Counted from the first letter of the stretch, positions 26,001-35,973 are shown. The stretch: DNA of 57,840 nucleotides from Octopus sinensis (GCF_006345805.1 NW_021834247.1:1-57840); one strand, 5' to 3'. Program-made: numbers and translations. Notes: a model not told the origin generated them from the letters alone.

Positions 26001-29000
26001 CAACTGAATCATCTCTTCCAATCATATCAAGTAAAACCTTCTGCTTTTCTGTATATTTTGGTGAGACTTTAGTTGGCTTTTTAGTGAGACTGATTGTTTG
26101 GTGTTTTAGAACATGACCTTTAAACCAAGTATTGAGAAGACGACCCATCAAGCCAAGTAAAATTGCAGTCGTGGCAGATACTGGTGGCATGTAAAAGCAC
26201 CCATTGCACTCTGGGAATGGTTGGCATTAAGAAGGGCATCCAGCCGTAGAAACCATGCCAAATCAGACTGGAGTCTGGTGCAGCCTTCCAACTTGCCAGC
26301 CTCAGTCAAACTGTCCAACCCATGCCAGCATGGACAGTGGACGTAAAGTGATGATGATGAACTGGAGGGGCACATACAGGAGATCTACACTGATCCTAAG
26401 TGAGATAATCCATTCCCACTCATGGACAGTTTAAAATGCCCCCAAAAAACCATGAATCAAATCTCAACTTGGTGGTTTCTAGCAGAAACAATTATATAGC
26501 TGAGTGAAGCAAACAAAGAGTGCCCCAGGAGGTGATGGTGTATCATAGAAAGTGTACAGGTATTGTACACAATTATGTTATAAGCTGTACTTAAATAGTT
26601 GTGGCATAAAGGTGAAATGGTTGATGACTAGTACAAGGCAGAAAAAAATTACTTACCAAAGAAAGCTGAAACAGAACTGATTGAGCAGTTCAGAACCTTT
26701 TCAATCTTGAATGTAGATGGCAAGATTTATATGGGTCCAGTTGCCAAGAGATCAGCTACACATCTCCAAAATAATGACTATGAGACCGAGAGTGTCCAGA
26801 ACCACTGGATGGGTAGAACATGATTTTTCAATCTGCAATGCAATACAAGACACAAAGAAGAATAAAAGGGATTTGAACGTTTTATGACCTGATCTGGTTG
26901 ATGCTTATGGTTCTGTACCACACAAATTAGTGATGGAACCAATGAACTTCTTTTATATATGAGAGAAGATTAGAGATCTGGCTAGAAACTGCTGTAATAA
27001 TTTCAAAATGTGGTTCCTGACAGAAAATTTCACAACAGACATCGTTTTGAAACTGTAATTGCTGTAGGTTGCACAATATCAGTCATTTGGTTTGTACTTG
27101 TTATGGAGATGTTACTTAGATCAGCAGATTGATCAGAAGAAATGGCTCGAGTGAAATCACCCAAGAAGGAATTTAAAGGATGATATAACAATACTAACAA
27201 GAGACCAAAAGGGTATGCAAATAGTTCTGGATGGACTGGATTAACTAATTCTTTGGTCAAGAATGGGGTTTAAACCAAATAATTAATGCAGTCATTTGTC
27301 AAAAGGTTAGCTGAAGCAAGTGAAGTTCAAAACAGCATACAAAACCATGCCATGGGTTAAAGAGAAACCTCTAAAATCTTTTGGACGATGGTATGCTACC
27401 TCATTGTCCAGTAAGAGTAGAAGCATAGAGGTCATGGCACAAACTGAAGATGGGTTAAAGGCAATAGCTAAGCCAACATTTCCTAGCAAATAAAAGATTT
27501 GATGCTTCCAGTTTGATCTGTATCCCTTCCTTGCTTATAAAATCCTTGAGTATCAGTTTTTATGCAACATTTCAGATTTTTTTACTGCTATAATGTATGG
27601 ATGAACAATTATATATAGTTAATAAGATTTTGTGAAAGCATAAAGTGTTTGGATACCTGATATGTTTTTGCTCCCCCTCTGCCCACCTGGAAAGAAATGT
27701 GCTTCATTAAGAAGTCTTCTAACATCTCAAATACATGTGGCACATATATAAGAAGAAAAAAAGAAAACTAAAAGAAAAACAGTGTTATCAAGTGATAATT
27801 AAATGAGATAATTGTAACATTGTTAGATTATTTAAGATGTCTTAATAGAGAAAGGAAATTGAGGAAGGTCAGTCTATTTTGTTGTAGACCTAAGTATTGA
27901 GCTATTTACCTGGTCCCACTGGAGAAAGCATAAAAATGTTGACCAAAAACGTAGTGGTCACCCGATGACCAGCGATGTCCCACTATAGTGGGACAAGTAT
28001 GTCCCACTATAATCAAATATAGATTATCAATAAAGAATTTTTACTCTCAAGTATAACAGTTGCAAATATTTATTTCAGAAACTCCAAAGTTAGAGGAGAA
28101 GTGTCTCCAAGATGTTGCAAAACTGTTAGGAGCCAACTGGCAGCAAGTTGGTGAGTATAAAATAACAGTACTTAATTGATTTCAATAAGTGTCAGCTTTT
28201 GTTTGTCAGCATGACTAAGAGAAGATCCCATTCCTACTTTCCAATTGAAAGGCTAGCTGTAAAGTGATTCTATTAAAGGTATTGGTGTTATGTGTAGTTT
28301 CGTTCTAGATGGGTGATGGACATTGTTATTGTTTTACGTGTTTATTTACTTCACTTGTTACACGAACTGTCAACATTCGGCGTAGTGATACATATATACT
28401 TTAGACACAGTTCGTACTGTTTACTAACAAAATAGTGCCAAAAGTGGGGATGTATTCTACACACGTATACCTACGTATACACATAGATATGAATGTGTAA
28501 CAGTTGGTATTACTGAAACATCATAAAATAGCCACCGAGATTAGCAGGGCCAGTAAAATGGCTAAATTAGAGGACACAATGGATTTAATATTGTCTTTTG
28601 AGAGAGCAAATTAAAATATGTCATTTAAGGGTAAACTGGTGAGTTAATGATAATTTTTTTTGTTTGTTTTACATTTTTACTAAGTTTACGTTTTGTTGTT
28701 TTTTCTTTGCAAAATGCCTGTTTTAATCAGAAATACGATGGAAAGTGTTTCAGGTGGGACATATCTGTCTTTCAGTTGGTAGTACAGGACTACATCATTA
28801 AGTGCATCCTTTTTTACATGCTCCTGTGTATAGTGAGTGGCATGTTGCAGTCACTCCACTGTCCAGTGTCCATTTAGTTGTGAACCACTCTTCACTGACA
28901 TGTAATGGTTGATTGTACGTAGGTGGATGGTGTTTATGTTGGTGATTCCTGTCTTCTTTCCTGCAAGTTAAAACTCTCCTCTTTGCCTGGTTTAACTTAA

Positions 29001-31953
29001 CACCTCTCTATTACACTGAGTAACAACGATTTTTGTCCAATTGTTATTTCCTATTTGCTTAACCCTAGAAAATACGAGAATGGCTAGTATCTCCTTCAAA
29101 CTTTGCTTTCGTCACAATATATACCTTGTAGACCTCACACATTTCAGCTGATGTTGTTTCACAGTGATTTTACGCTGTAGTCTTGATAAATTCACCACAG
29201 ACACAGCAGAATGTATCTGCCAGATGCTTACAACCTCTTGATGCCATGTGATGAATGTAGTTCTTGGATAGTTAGAAATAAACTGAACTGGTGATCTTAT
29301 GATCCCTTTTTTTACACTGGTATATGTTGCCAGAACGTTCTAGAAATTCTTGGAAATTCTAGTAACTTCTTGATTATAGTTCTAGAAATTTCTAGAAAAT
29401 TCTGCTTCAGTGACTCAGCACTGAATCTGTCTGGAAATAGGTTTCAAAACATTGATGTCCAGGTGACAAAAGCAACGTTTGAAGGGAACAGATGTCCTTT
29501 CCTTTGATTTCTTGATGGAAGTAAATAGGAAATAACACTTAACTTATCAAAGACAAGAAAAAATTAAAAGTTTGTTATGCAGTGTTATTGATTTCTCTCT
29601 AAATCATGTCCTTCAACCATTCAAAGAGATCCTTATTATGAGTCATGAACCCATGTTGTCTACCAAAATGTGTTACATTTTTGTATTGGGTCATCCCATA
29701 AGTAATGCAGTGTTTTCAATTGTATGAATTAAAAGTCAGAGGGGGATGGGATAAACTACCTGCATCAACTTGCTATAAAAGCAGTACCTTGTACTTATTC
29801 TTAGTGTGAGTTTTGAAGAGTGCAGTTAACTTTTAACAGTTATTTTTTCAAAGCTATAATGGAAGTGACAAAGGAGCATATTCTGTATATTTTGCTTTGA
29901 GTTCAATAAAAGCAACAGTGCAACGGAAAGTGCGAGGAATATTAATGCAGTATATGGGGATAGGACAATAAGTGTAAGCCAGTGTCAATGGTGGCTCCAG
30001 AAGTTCCGAGCTGGAAACTACAGCCAAGAAGATCAATTTTGTTCTGGAAGATATGTAGAGCTTGGCGAGGATATCCTGCAAACCCTGGTGGAACAAAATC
30101 CCATTGTAACTAGCAGAGAAGCTTGGATTCGGTCATTCAACCATTCATCAATACTTGCATGGTATTGGAAAAATCAGCAAATTGGGTCAATGGATTGCGC
30201 ACAGAGTAAATGTGTGCTCTTCTCTGCTGTCATGTCTCATGAATGAACCTCTTTTGAACTGAATAGTGACTGGTGATGAGAAAAGGGTTCTCTATAAATA
30301 CGTTATGCACCAAAGACAGTGAGTAGGGAAAGGAGAAATACTGGCACTCCAGAATAAAAAAGGTCTCTACCCACGTAAGGTGCTGTTATCTGTTTGGTGG
30401 GATATGAAAGGTTTGGTCCACTTTGAACTTTTAAACCCAAAACAAACGATAACAAAGGAGATCTACTGTGAGCAGCTTGAGTGGCTTAAGTCAGTGCTAG
30501 AAGAGAAACGACCATCTTTGGTTCCAAGATGACAGGTGTTCTTCGATCAGGATAACGCTTGGCCACATACAGCAAGGATGACATTCCAAAGGCTGGAGCA
30601 GTTTGAATGAGAAACAATTCCCCACCCACCATATTCACCAGTCATTGCCCCATCTGACTATCATTTTTGGAAGAGGGGCCTTGCAAGTGCGCCAGATAGA
30701 TGGAAGAGCATTGTAGAAAATGAAGGAAAGTATATGTTAGATTAAAAAAGAACTTTGTTTATCTTAATTTTGAAGAATAAAATATATATAAAACAAATGC
30801 ATTATTATTTATAGGATGACCCAATGCTTTGTGTAGTTGAGATCATTCTGGTATCTTGTCTCATTGTATTTGAATTGGCCCAGATATGCCTAATAGTACT
30901 GGTATTGTCTGATAGTTCAAACCATATCTTCTAGAACTCTTGATATGCTTTAGTTATCAATTATTCAGAAGAGGAGAAGCATCTCAGACAACTATTTCAG
31001 GCATTGACCATGGAATGTTATCAGACGGCCAAAATGGGATTCCTTTGAAGGATCTCTGGAGTAATGATACTAAATAGGATGTATAGTCCAGAGATCTGGG
31101 AATCTCTCCAGTTTGAGCCAGTTCCTCTCCACATCTCTGGTACTATGGACATGTGTTGCAGGAACAAATAACAAGACAGATTCTTCAAGCCAAACTAATG
31201 GAGCAGGGGTCCTAGGGGTAGATCACGAACTAAATGGTTGGGTGATAGCCATTGTCTTAGCTGTTTATGTTTGGGAACCCAACCAAAAGCTCTCATGACG
31301 GCTGCTTCTGATAGGACCCTATGGAGGAGATGCCTGAAGACTCTGTCTTTACAATCCTCCCAAGAATATTGATCAGAGACAATGGTTGGGTGGATCAAAT
31401 GGATTGACTGTTGATGGTCTATATTGATTCTTTAGGTTCTCCATACACTTTTGCCTCCACAAACACTTCTCCTACCATCTGTTTAGCATAAATTTTCACA
31501 AGTGTAATTTTCAATTAATTTTCTTTAAAATCTTCACCATTTTCATCCTGTATTTCCACCTCTTCGTTATTATTTAATTAACATTCTTAGAAACAGAGAA
31601 CAACATCTATTATTTATTTTTTTATGTTTCTTAACTATTTCTCATTCACATAATTTATTTGTTACATTTATGACAAACTACAGTACACATCTTTTATGTA
31701 ATCGTTAATGATTTTGAAATTATTTCTCATTGTTTTATGTTTTGCAGGCAGGAATTTAGGAATCAGAAATGTCCAACTGGGGATTATCAAGCATGACAAT
31801 CCTTTAAACACTAAAGAGCAGAGCTTCCAGATGCTGCACACATGGTACACAAGTTGTGATCCAGAGATGCGAACACTCAAAACACTCAGAAAAGCTCTTG
31901 AGGAAGCTGAATGCTTTGAGGCACTTCAATGTCTACCATCAGAAGAAAAGTGA
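3942..31953 (+). CDS. Multi-exon ankyrin repeat - RING finger - death domain protein (MIB2-like ANK/RING module plus C-terminal DD); join 3942-4024, 7889-8040, 11550-11706, 12460-13529, 15115-15151, 18798-19010, 21137-21312, 22311-22453, 23303-23353, 23469-23519, 23635-23685, 24282-24353, 28079-28150, 31748-31953
   Basis: All listed exons have AG/GT boundaries. Intron phases are compatible from exon 2 to the TGA (2451 nt, no internal stop). ANK TPLH motifs, the RING and the death domain are readable in the translation. The exon 1 to exon 2 junction is off by one base as written. Confidence 0.85.
4250..4500 (-). mobile_element. Non-LTR retrotransposon RT fragment
   Basis: Minus strand reads VALDIGKTFNCVWQENFLTK, similar to the ALDISKAFDRVWH motif of LINE RTs. 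Confidence 0.5.
7889..8040 (+). CDS. Exon 2, ankyrin repeat (VNQINSRSKTFLMAACEQGSTSLIAFLIESGANMDMSDEKGRTALHYAVK)
   Basis: Polypyrimidine tract + CAG acceptor; AG|GTAAGA donor; GRTALHYA ankyrin motif. Confidence 0.9.
8969..9910. mobile_element. Foldback/MITE element with long inverted arms, interrupted by a SINE
   Basis: 8969-9055 plus 9458-9520 is the reverse complement of about 9775-9910 (e.g. TAGTGCAATAG..TGTAGTAAACGAATA and GACTCGGAAAATTCA). Confidence 0.7.
9052..9457 (-). mobile_element. tRNA-derived SINE, near full length
   Basis: Minus-strand head GGCGCAGGAGTGGCTGTGTGGTAAG...GGTTCAGTCCC with A/B boxes; same family at 18120-18425, 32315-32710 and 52564-53778. Confidence 0.9.
10676..11390. 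mobile_element. Non-autonomous DNA element with long terminal inverted repeats
   Basis: Left ATAGGCATACTTACACAACTGGGACCCCCGACAAATTTGTTTCC matches the reverse complement of right GGAAACAAATTCGTCGGGGGAGCACACTTGTGTAGTTATGTCTAT. Confidence 0.75.
11550..11706 (+). CDS. Exon 3, ankyrin repeat (RKIDAVASLVSRGANVNKQNSDGNTPLHWAVRKNYKDVVKVLLSSKGNNILQ)
   Basis: TTTCAG acceptor, CAG|GTTAGC donor, phase 2 to phase 0; GNTPLHWA motif. Confidence 0.9.
12460..13529 (+). CDS. Exon 4, array of 10 near-identical ankyrin repeats (102-bp unit) plus the start of an 11th
   Basis: Open frame with repeated GxTPLHxAxxxGHTDTAKLLLQQDGTDVRVVDNx; TTTTAG acceptor; GG|GTAAGT donor. Confidence 0.97.
12481..13497 (+). repeat. 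Coding tandem repeat, 10 units of 102 bp (unit 4 is 99 bp)
   Basis: Units start at 12481, 12583, 12685, 12787, 12886, 12988, 13090, 13192, 13294 and 13396; unit 4 lacks one Leu codon. Confidence 0.97.
15115..15151 (+). CDS. Exon 5, 37 nt ((G)QHYGMVSLMLAQ), completing the last repeat of exon 4
   Basis: TTTCAG acceptor and CAG|GTTAGT donor; phase 2 to phase 0 exactly bridges exons 4 and 6; ankyrin helix-2-like sequence. Confidence 0.8.
15462..15730 (+). mobile_element. tRNA-headed SINE-like element with an (AAT)n core and a Penelope-like tail
   Basis: A/B-box-like head, (AAT)n tract, hammerhead motif in the tail, and a 20-bp inverted duplication of its 5' end. Confidence 0.6.
15637..15680 (+). 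ncRNA. Minimal type I hammerhead ribozyme motif, probably mutated
   Basis: ACAC-CTGATGA-AGGCTG(GAGGGTATAT)CAGCC-GAAA-CATT-GTGT: stems I and II pair; the stem III palindrome would need ACGT but reads ACAT. Confidence 0.6.
16430..17210. mobile_element. Two RTE-clade LINE endonuclease fragments in opposite orientation
   Basis: Minus strand: TLNVGTLKGRS..VDLCCIQE and AGDFNGHVG. Plus strand: SYAP..FYDTLL..AGDFNGRVG (APE endonuclease motifs). Confidence 0.85.
18120..18425 (-). mobile_element. tRNA-derived SINE, partial
   Basis: Colinear with 9052-9457. Confidence 0.85.
18798..19010 (+). CDS. Exon 6, ankyrin repeats (DSVKLDIENHKKMTPLMEAVFRAHLGIIHKLIINGANINAVNNDGNNCLHL...ILDE)
   Basis: Weak AAG acceptor in phase 0; GAG|GTAAGT donor; MTPLMEA and GNNCLHL motifs. 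Confidence 0.88.
19850..20041 (-). mobile_element. RTE-clade LINE RT fragment
   Basis: LEVVDSYCYLG..SSGGGC..SIAARIR..AKFRELL motif. Confidence 0.8.
21137..21312 (+). CDS. Exon 7, degenerate final ankyrin repeat (CCRELQLDMDRRLSGIVVLSYLASQGASLYHHNNKKMTPLDYI...)
   Basis: TTGCAG acceptor; CT|GTAAGT donor; phase 0 to phase 2. Confidence 0.88.
22311..22453 (+). CDS. Exon 8, C3HC4 RING finger (CRWCQEKKATVTLHPCQHTVTCQNCCSQMTFKQCPICRQHI)
   Basis: C-x2-C-x11-C-x-H-x3-C-x2-C-x8-C-x2-C spacing typical of IAP/MIB/LRSAM1-type RINGs; CACAG acceptor; G|GTAAG donor. Confidence 0.93.
23303..23353 (+). CDS. Linker cassette exon A1, 51 nt (VCPKSEEEAAKAVAESV)
   Basis: TTTCAG / G|GTGAGT boundaries, phase 1-1, open frame. 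Confidence 0.75.
23469..23519 (+). CDS. Linker cassette exon A2, 51 nt (VFPKSEEKAAQAVVESV)
   Basis: Tandem copy at a 166-bp period with intact splice sites. Confidence 0.75.
23635..23685 (+). CDS. Linker cassette exon A3, 51 nt (VCPKSEEKAVQAGVESV)
   Basis: Third copy at a 166-bp period with intact splice sites. Confidence 0.75.
23700..23931 (+). repeat. Intronic tandem repeat, 4 x 58 bp, essentially identical
   Basis: ACTGTAATTGATTTCTATAAATTTTACTTTCACCTGAGATATATTGTTTTTGTGAATG starts at 23700, 23758, 23816 and 23874. Confidence 0.95.
24282..24353 (+). CDS. Cassette exon B, 72 nt (ESLNLEENRFHSTSKKVAVKQQQV), paralogue of the first death-domain exon
   Basis: Same length, same TATTTCAG acceptor, same CAGCAAGTTG|GTGAGTATAAAATAA donor context as 28079-28150. 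Confidence 0.7.
25130..27700 (+). mobile_element. Fragmented non-LTR retrotransposon of R2/HERO type, interrupted by younger repeats
   Basis: Decayed frames read DLVDAYGSVPH and GCTISVIWFVLVMEMLL, and near 25190 RRKESK..KPYEVTRKLF..KSGRI. Confidence 0.65.
28079..28150 (+). CDS. First death-domain exon (ETPKLEEKCLQDVAKLLGANWQQV)
   Basis: L..VA..LG..W motif of DD helices 1-2; phase 1-1 splice sites. Confidence 0.88.
29042..29537. mobile_element. TG...CA element with 19-bp terminal inverted repeats (solo LTR or MITE)
   Basis: TGTTATTTCCTATTTGCTT ... AAGTAAATAGGAAATAACA; no clear target-site duplication. Confidence 0.6.
29332..29398. promoter_or_regulatory. Two consensus heat-shock elements (nGAAn inverted pentamer arrays)
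   Basis: aGAAc gTTCt aGAAa (29332-29346) and gTTCt aGAAa tTTCt aGAAa (29379-29398). Confidence 0.4.
29686..30824 (+). mobile_element. Decayed mariner (DD34D) transposon
   Basis: TIRs TTGGGTCATCCCATAA / TTATAGGATGACCCAA; ATG at 29859 (MEVTKEHI); motifs IVTGDEK, VWWD, QDNAWPH and HPPYSP..APSDYH, with stops and frameshifts. Confidence 0.92.
31748..31953 (+). CDS. Terminal exon, death domain (GRNLGIRNVQLGIIKHDNPLNTKEQSFQMLHTWYTSCDPEMRTLKTLRKALEEAECFEALQCLPSEEK*)
   Basis: TTTGCAG acceptor; DD motifs LG, EQ..QML..W and T...L..AL; TGA at 31951-31953. Confidence 0.92.
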
Positions 31954-32199
31954 ACTTGTGTGTAAATGCTGCAATTGTTTAGTCCAAGGTCAACCTTGAC
32001 TAAACAGAGACTCATGATCAAATGCCTTCCAGCCAGGACCCTCCTGACTTTATCCTTAGTGTAGGGAACCCAGAATCACATTGTCCAATGTGATAATTGA
32101 ATTGAGCAGGATTTGGCTACTAATTCTAGCAAATCTATCAACAACATAAGAGACTCCCTTCCTGAATTGTTTCTTTTCTTCTCAGAAATTAACTTTTGA

Positions 32200-32205
32200 A
32201 ATAAA
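32200..32205 (+). terminator. Probable polyadenylation signal of the ANK-RING-DD gene
   Basis: AATAAA about 250 bp after the stop, followed by a GT-rich tract (TTTGTTGTTGTTGCTGTGT). Confidence 0.55.
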
Positions 32206-32314
32206 GATAAACTTTGAAACGTTCATTTGTTGTTGTTGCTGTGTATCTAACCTCCTCCCCATTATTGTGTAAACAGTTTTAATATCCTCTCATATATTCA
32301 TAGTTATCTACCTT

Positions 32315-32458
32315 CATTTAACCACACGGTTCCGGGTTCAGTACCACTGCGTGGCACCTTGGGCAACTGTCTTCTACTATAGCCTGGGGCAGACCAAAGC
32401 CTTGTGAGTGGATTTGGTAGACGGAGACTAAAAGAAGCCTGTCATATATATGCATATG

Positions 32459-32489
<31 letters not shown>

Positions 32490-32710
32490 TGTATATATAT
32501 ATATATGTGTATATATGTGTGTGTTTGTTCCCCCAACATCGCTTGACAACCGATGCTGGTATGTTTATGTCCCCGTTACTTAGCGGTTCGGCAAAAGAGA
32601 CTGATAGAATAAGTACTAGGCTTATAAAGAATAAGTCCTGGGATCGATTTGCTCGACTAAAAGGCGGTGCTCCAGCATGGCCGCAGTCAAATGACTGAAA
32701 CAAGTAAAAG
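32315..32710 (+). mobile_element. tRNA-derived SINE, 5' truncated
   Basis: Reverse-orientation copy of the 9052-9457 family. Confidence 0.85.
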
Positions 32711-32724
32711 AGTATATCATATGT

Positions 32725-33026
32725 GGAGGCGCAATGGCCCAGTGGTTTGGGCAGCGGACTCGCGGTCGTAGGATCACGGTTTCAATTCTCAGAACGGGCG
32801 TTGTGAGTGTTTATTGAGCAAAAACACCCAAAGTTCCACGAGGCTCCAGCAGGGGGTGGTAGCGATCCCTGCTGTACTCTTTCGCCACATCTTTCTCTCA
32901 CTCTTTCTTCAGTTGGCCTGCTCACTTAGCCAGCAGGTTGTTGTCATTTGAAGGCTAAAACAATGCGAAGCGCATTGTGACCAGTGATGTGTAGCAACAT
33001 CTGATAATCTGGTCGGTCATGGTGAT
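32725..33026 (+). mobile_element. Second tRNA-derived SINE family
   Basis: A-box TGGCCCAGTGG and B-box-like GGTTTCAATTC; its 3' end matches 300-355. Confidence 0.75.
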
Positions 33027-33577
33027 ATATATATCATATAGAGATACTTTTTCTATGTAATATATGATGTACCTGTGGGCATTTCAATTTGACCTGTTGT
33101 AGTGTTTTAAGACAGGTCCCCTCTAATGTAGGGGGTGTTTGAATGAAGCTCAGGGTTGGTAGTGCAAGTAAGAGTTATCTCTATTTTATATTCTAGCTTT
33201 AGGATCATTGTTAGTTACTAATTACTGCAATTTTTTTATCAGCAGAAAATAAAACTTTATGATTGCATATATAAAAAATAAATCCATAATTTTACAATTT
33301 AATTATTGATGTGTAGATAAATCCATTCCTATTAAGATAATGGTATATTTGTGATTTTAATACAAATGTGGTTGTGGTAAAGACACATTGACTCTCACCT
33401 TCCAAATAACTTGTTATTAGATTCGCTCATTTTAGGAGAAAACAAAACTGGTTGAACTGAAATTAAATAAAAAATATTTCAATGACATCAAATTTATTTC
33501 AGAAAATGATCAACAGTTACTATGAAAATTTATTAGTATCCAAACAAATTATTTGGTATCAAAGTTTGTAGAAACTC

Positions 33578-33986
33578 TCTATATATAAACGGCAAAATGT
33601 CTGTGTGTGTGTCCTTTATACAAATGCACAATTTTTCAGTTAGAGGGCTCTCACTTTCTATGGTCATTCAAAACCGTCCAAGGGTGGTCGTGCACATCTT
33701 TACATTTCCCCAGTCACGCTGCAAAGCCATTAAAAAATCAATAGAAATGACTTTTTTCTGTTTGAAATACACTGAAAAATGGCGACAAAGCAGTCAAAAA
33801 ATGTTTTTTTGTGAATTTTCTATCCAAAATACAATCAAAATGCTTGAAACTTGATACGCCAATTGAATGCCAGCTAGCTGTATGTGATTGGTCGGAGATT
33901 TGGACAGTACTCGCGTGTATGTATTCTCGCACGCAGCTGTATATGCACTAGAACTATGACCTGGCGTTGCCGGGACATAGTGCTAG
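33578..33986 (+). mobile_element. Non-autonomous Helitron-like element
   Basis: 5' TCTATATATAAA; subterminal hairpin CCTGGCGTTGCCGGG; 3' CTAG. Confidence 0.7.
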
Positions 33987-34379
33987 TCTATATATATAAA
34001 GCTGAAGTTGTCTGTGTGTTGCAGGTTTGGTAGCCTTCAACTAACACTATCTCCTCCCAGACCCTGTGGCGCAAATTGACCAAAATTGAGAATATGATTG
34101 AAGAAGGCTTGCTCTTCATTCCGTAGCAGATAAAATTCAAATCGGACCATGTTAACACCAAAAATTATTTACATCAAAAAGGTGCTTTTTTACTATGAAA
34201 ATCCCTATTTTTTTTGCGATCTTTTTACTGCTTTGTCGCCATTTTTCAGTGTATTTTAACCAGAAAAATGTTCACTTAAAGAGAATAACAAGCTACATAA
34301 TGCAAAATATTTGCTTTTCAAAAATTCCAATTCTAAAGGGTCGAAACAAACCCGAGCAACGCCTGGGCGATACTGCTAG
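33987..34379 (+). mobile_element. Second Helitron-like element, directly head-to-tail with the first
   Basis: 5' TCTATATATATAAAG; hairpin CCCGAGCAACGCCTGGG; 3' CTAG. Confidence 0.75.
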
Positions 34380-34933
34380 TTTTAAATAAATTGCTAACAT
34401 ATCTTACTGATTTTTAGCTCCAAAACGTGGGAGTGAAATTATATGTAATGTAAAAATACACCAAAAATATAATAAACATGAAATTACTTCCTGAAAGTTG
34501 TATGAAACAATAAGTTACTGTTTATGTAAACTAACAGGAACATATTTAGTTTTAGATTTAAACTTATTTACAAAACTTAATATATATATATATCTTTTAC
34601 CGATTCTTTAAAACTAAAAAGGATAACTTTCAACTGAGACGACCCCAAATCAGTTCCTTTACTGAGTGAGATCTTCTTGTTCTGCTCAAAGACTCTCAAA
34701 GTAATTTTCCTATTTTAATAGAACCAAAGACAAAATATGTTGCTCATAGATAAGTGGTTGAATTTAACAAATGATAAAACCACTGAAAATAATGATAATG
34801 TAACTAAGGTGAGTCACAAACTTGAAGGAGTATCGTGAATTCACAAATAAGTAATCCCCTGAGTACAGCACAATTTCACCTGAAAATAAGGAAATATGAT
34901 GGATTTATTTTCACTTTGAAAAATATTGAAAGA

Positions 34934-35315
34934 CTAGCAGTATCGCCCGGCATTGCTCGGGTATGTTTTCTTTTCAACCCTTTAGAATTAGAATTTTTGA
35001 AAACTAAAACTTTTGCATTATGTAGCTTGTTATTCTCTTTAAGTGAACATTTCTCTGGTTGAAATACGCCTAAAAATGGCGACACAGCAGTAAAAAAATC
35101 GTAAATAACTAGGGATTTTCATAGAAAAAAAGCACCTTTTTGATGTAAATAACTTTTGGTGTTAACATGGTCCGATTTGAATTTTTTCTTCTACAGAAGG
35201 TAGAGCAAGCCTTCTTCTATCATACTCTCAATTTTGGTCAACTTGCACTGCAGGGTCTCGAAGGAGATAGTGTTAGTTGAAGGCTACCAAACCTGCCATA
35301 CACAGACAACTTCAG

Positions 35316-35345
<30 letters not shown>
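34934..35345 (-). mobile_element. Inverted copy of the 33987-34379 Helitron-like element
   Basis: Reverse-complement colinearity throughout; a further minus-strand 3' end of this type is at about 55144. Confidence 0.8.
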
Positions 35346-35351
<6 letters not shown>

Positions 35352-35973
35352 CACACTACTGAAAACACCATAACTTCCCACTGCTTCCTTTAAATAAGGT
35401 GTCTATTTATGTTTAAAATTATGAAGTATATACTTTGTTTTGTGTGACGCGACCAGAGTGGACAACAGTTCCAAGGAGGGGTCAGGCAAAAGAGGAGAAA
35501 TAAAGGATAAGGGTGTGGAAATCAAACATACACAACTAAATCCAAACGTAGGTATACACACACTCACACACATTCACACACACACATAAACAACTACATA
35601 CTTAAATACAAATAGAACTGTATACATACACACACATACACGTAATTATCTGCATATATGTACATATACATAGCTATTTGCGTACCACCTATTTGTTGCA
35701 CAATGTAAGATTCGTTCGAATGCTGACTCACTATTTCTTTTCTTTCACAATTCTAAAGAAACTAAAAAATATCTCAATCTTTTCTTATTATGTCTCTGCA
35801 TCACTGAACTTATAACTCTTAAGAAACTTGTCTTTATTCTAATCTTAGGTCGCCCTTTTGTGTGAATTTAGAAAAATATGTAAAACCGAAATACATATAC
35901 GCCCTTATACATACATGCATACATTCATATAATATATATATGTATGTATATACATATAATGTATTTAACACAC

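Noticed and set aside
3942-31953. Naming the gene MIB2 or ankyrin (ANK1-3)
   Set aside because: No MIB-HERC2/ZZ/mib-repeat domains and no ZU5/UPA domains were seen in the window, so orthology is unsupported and no symbol is given.
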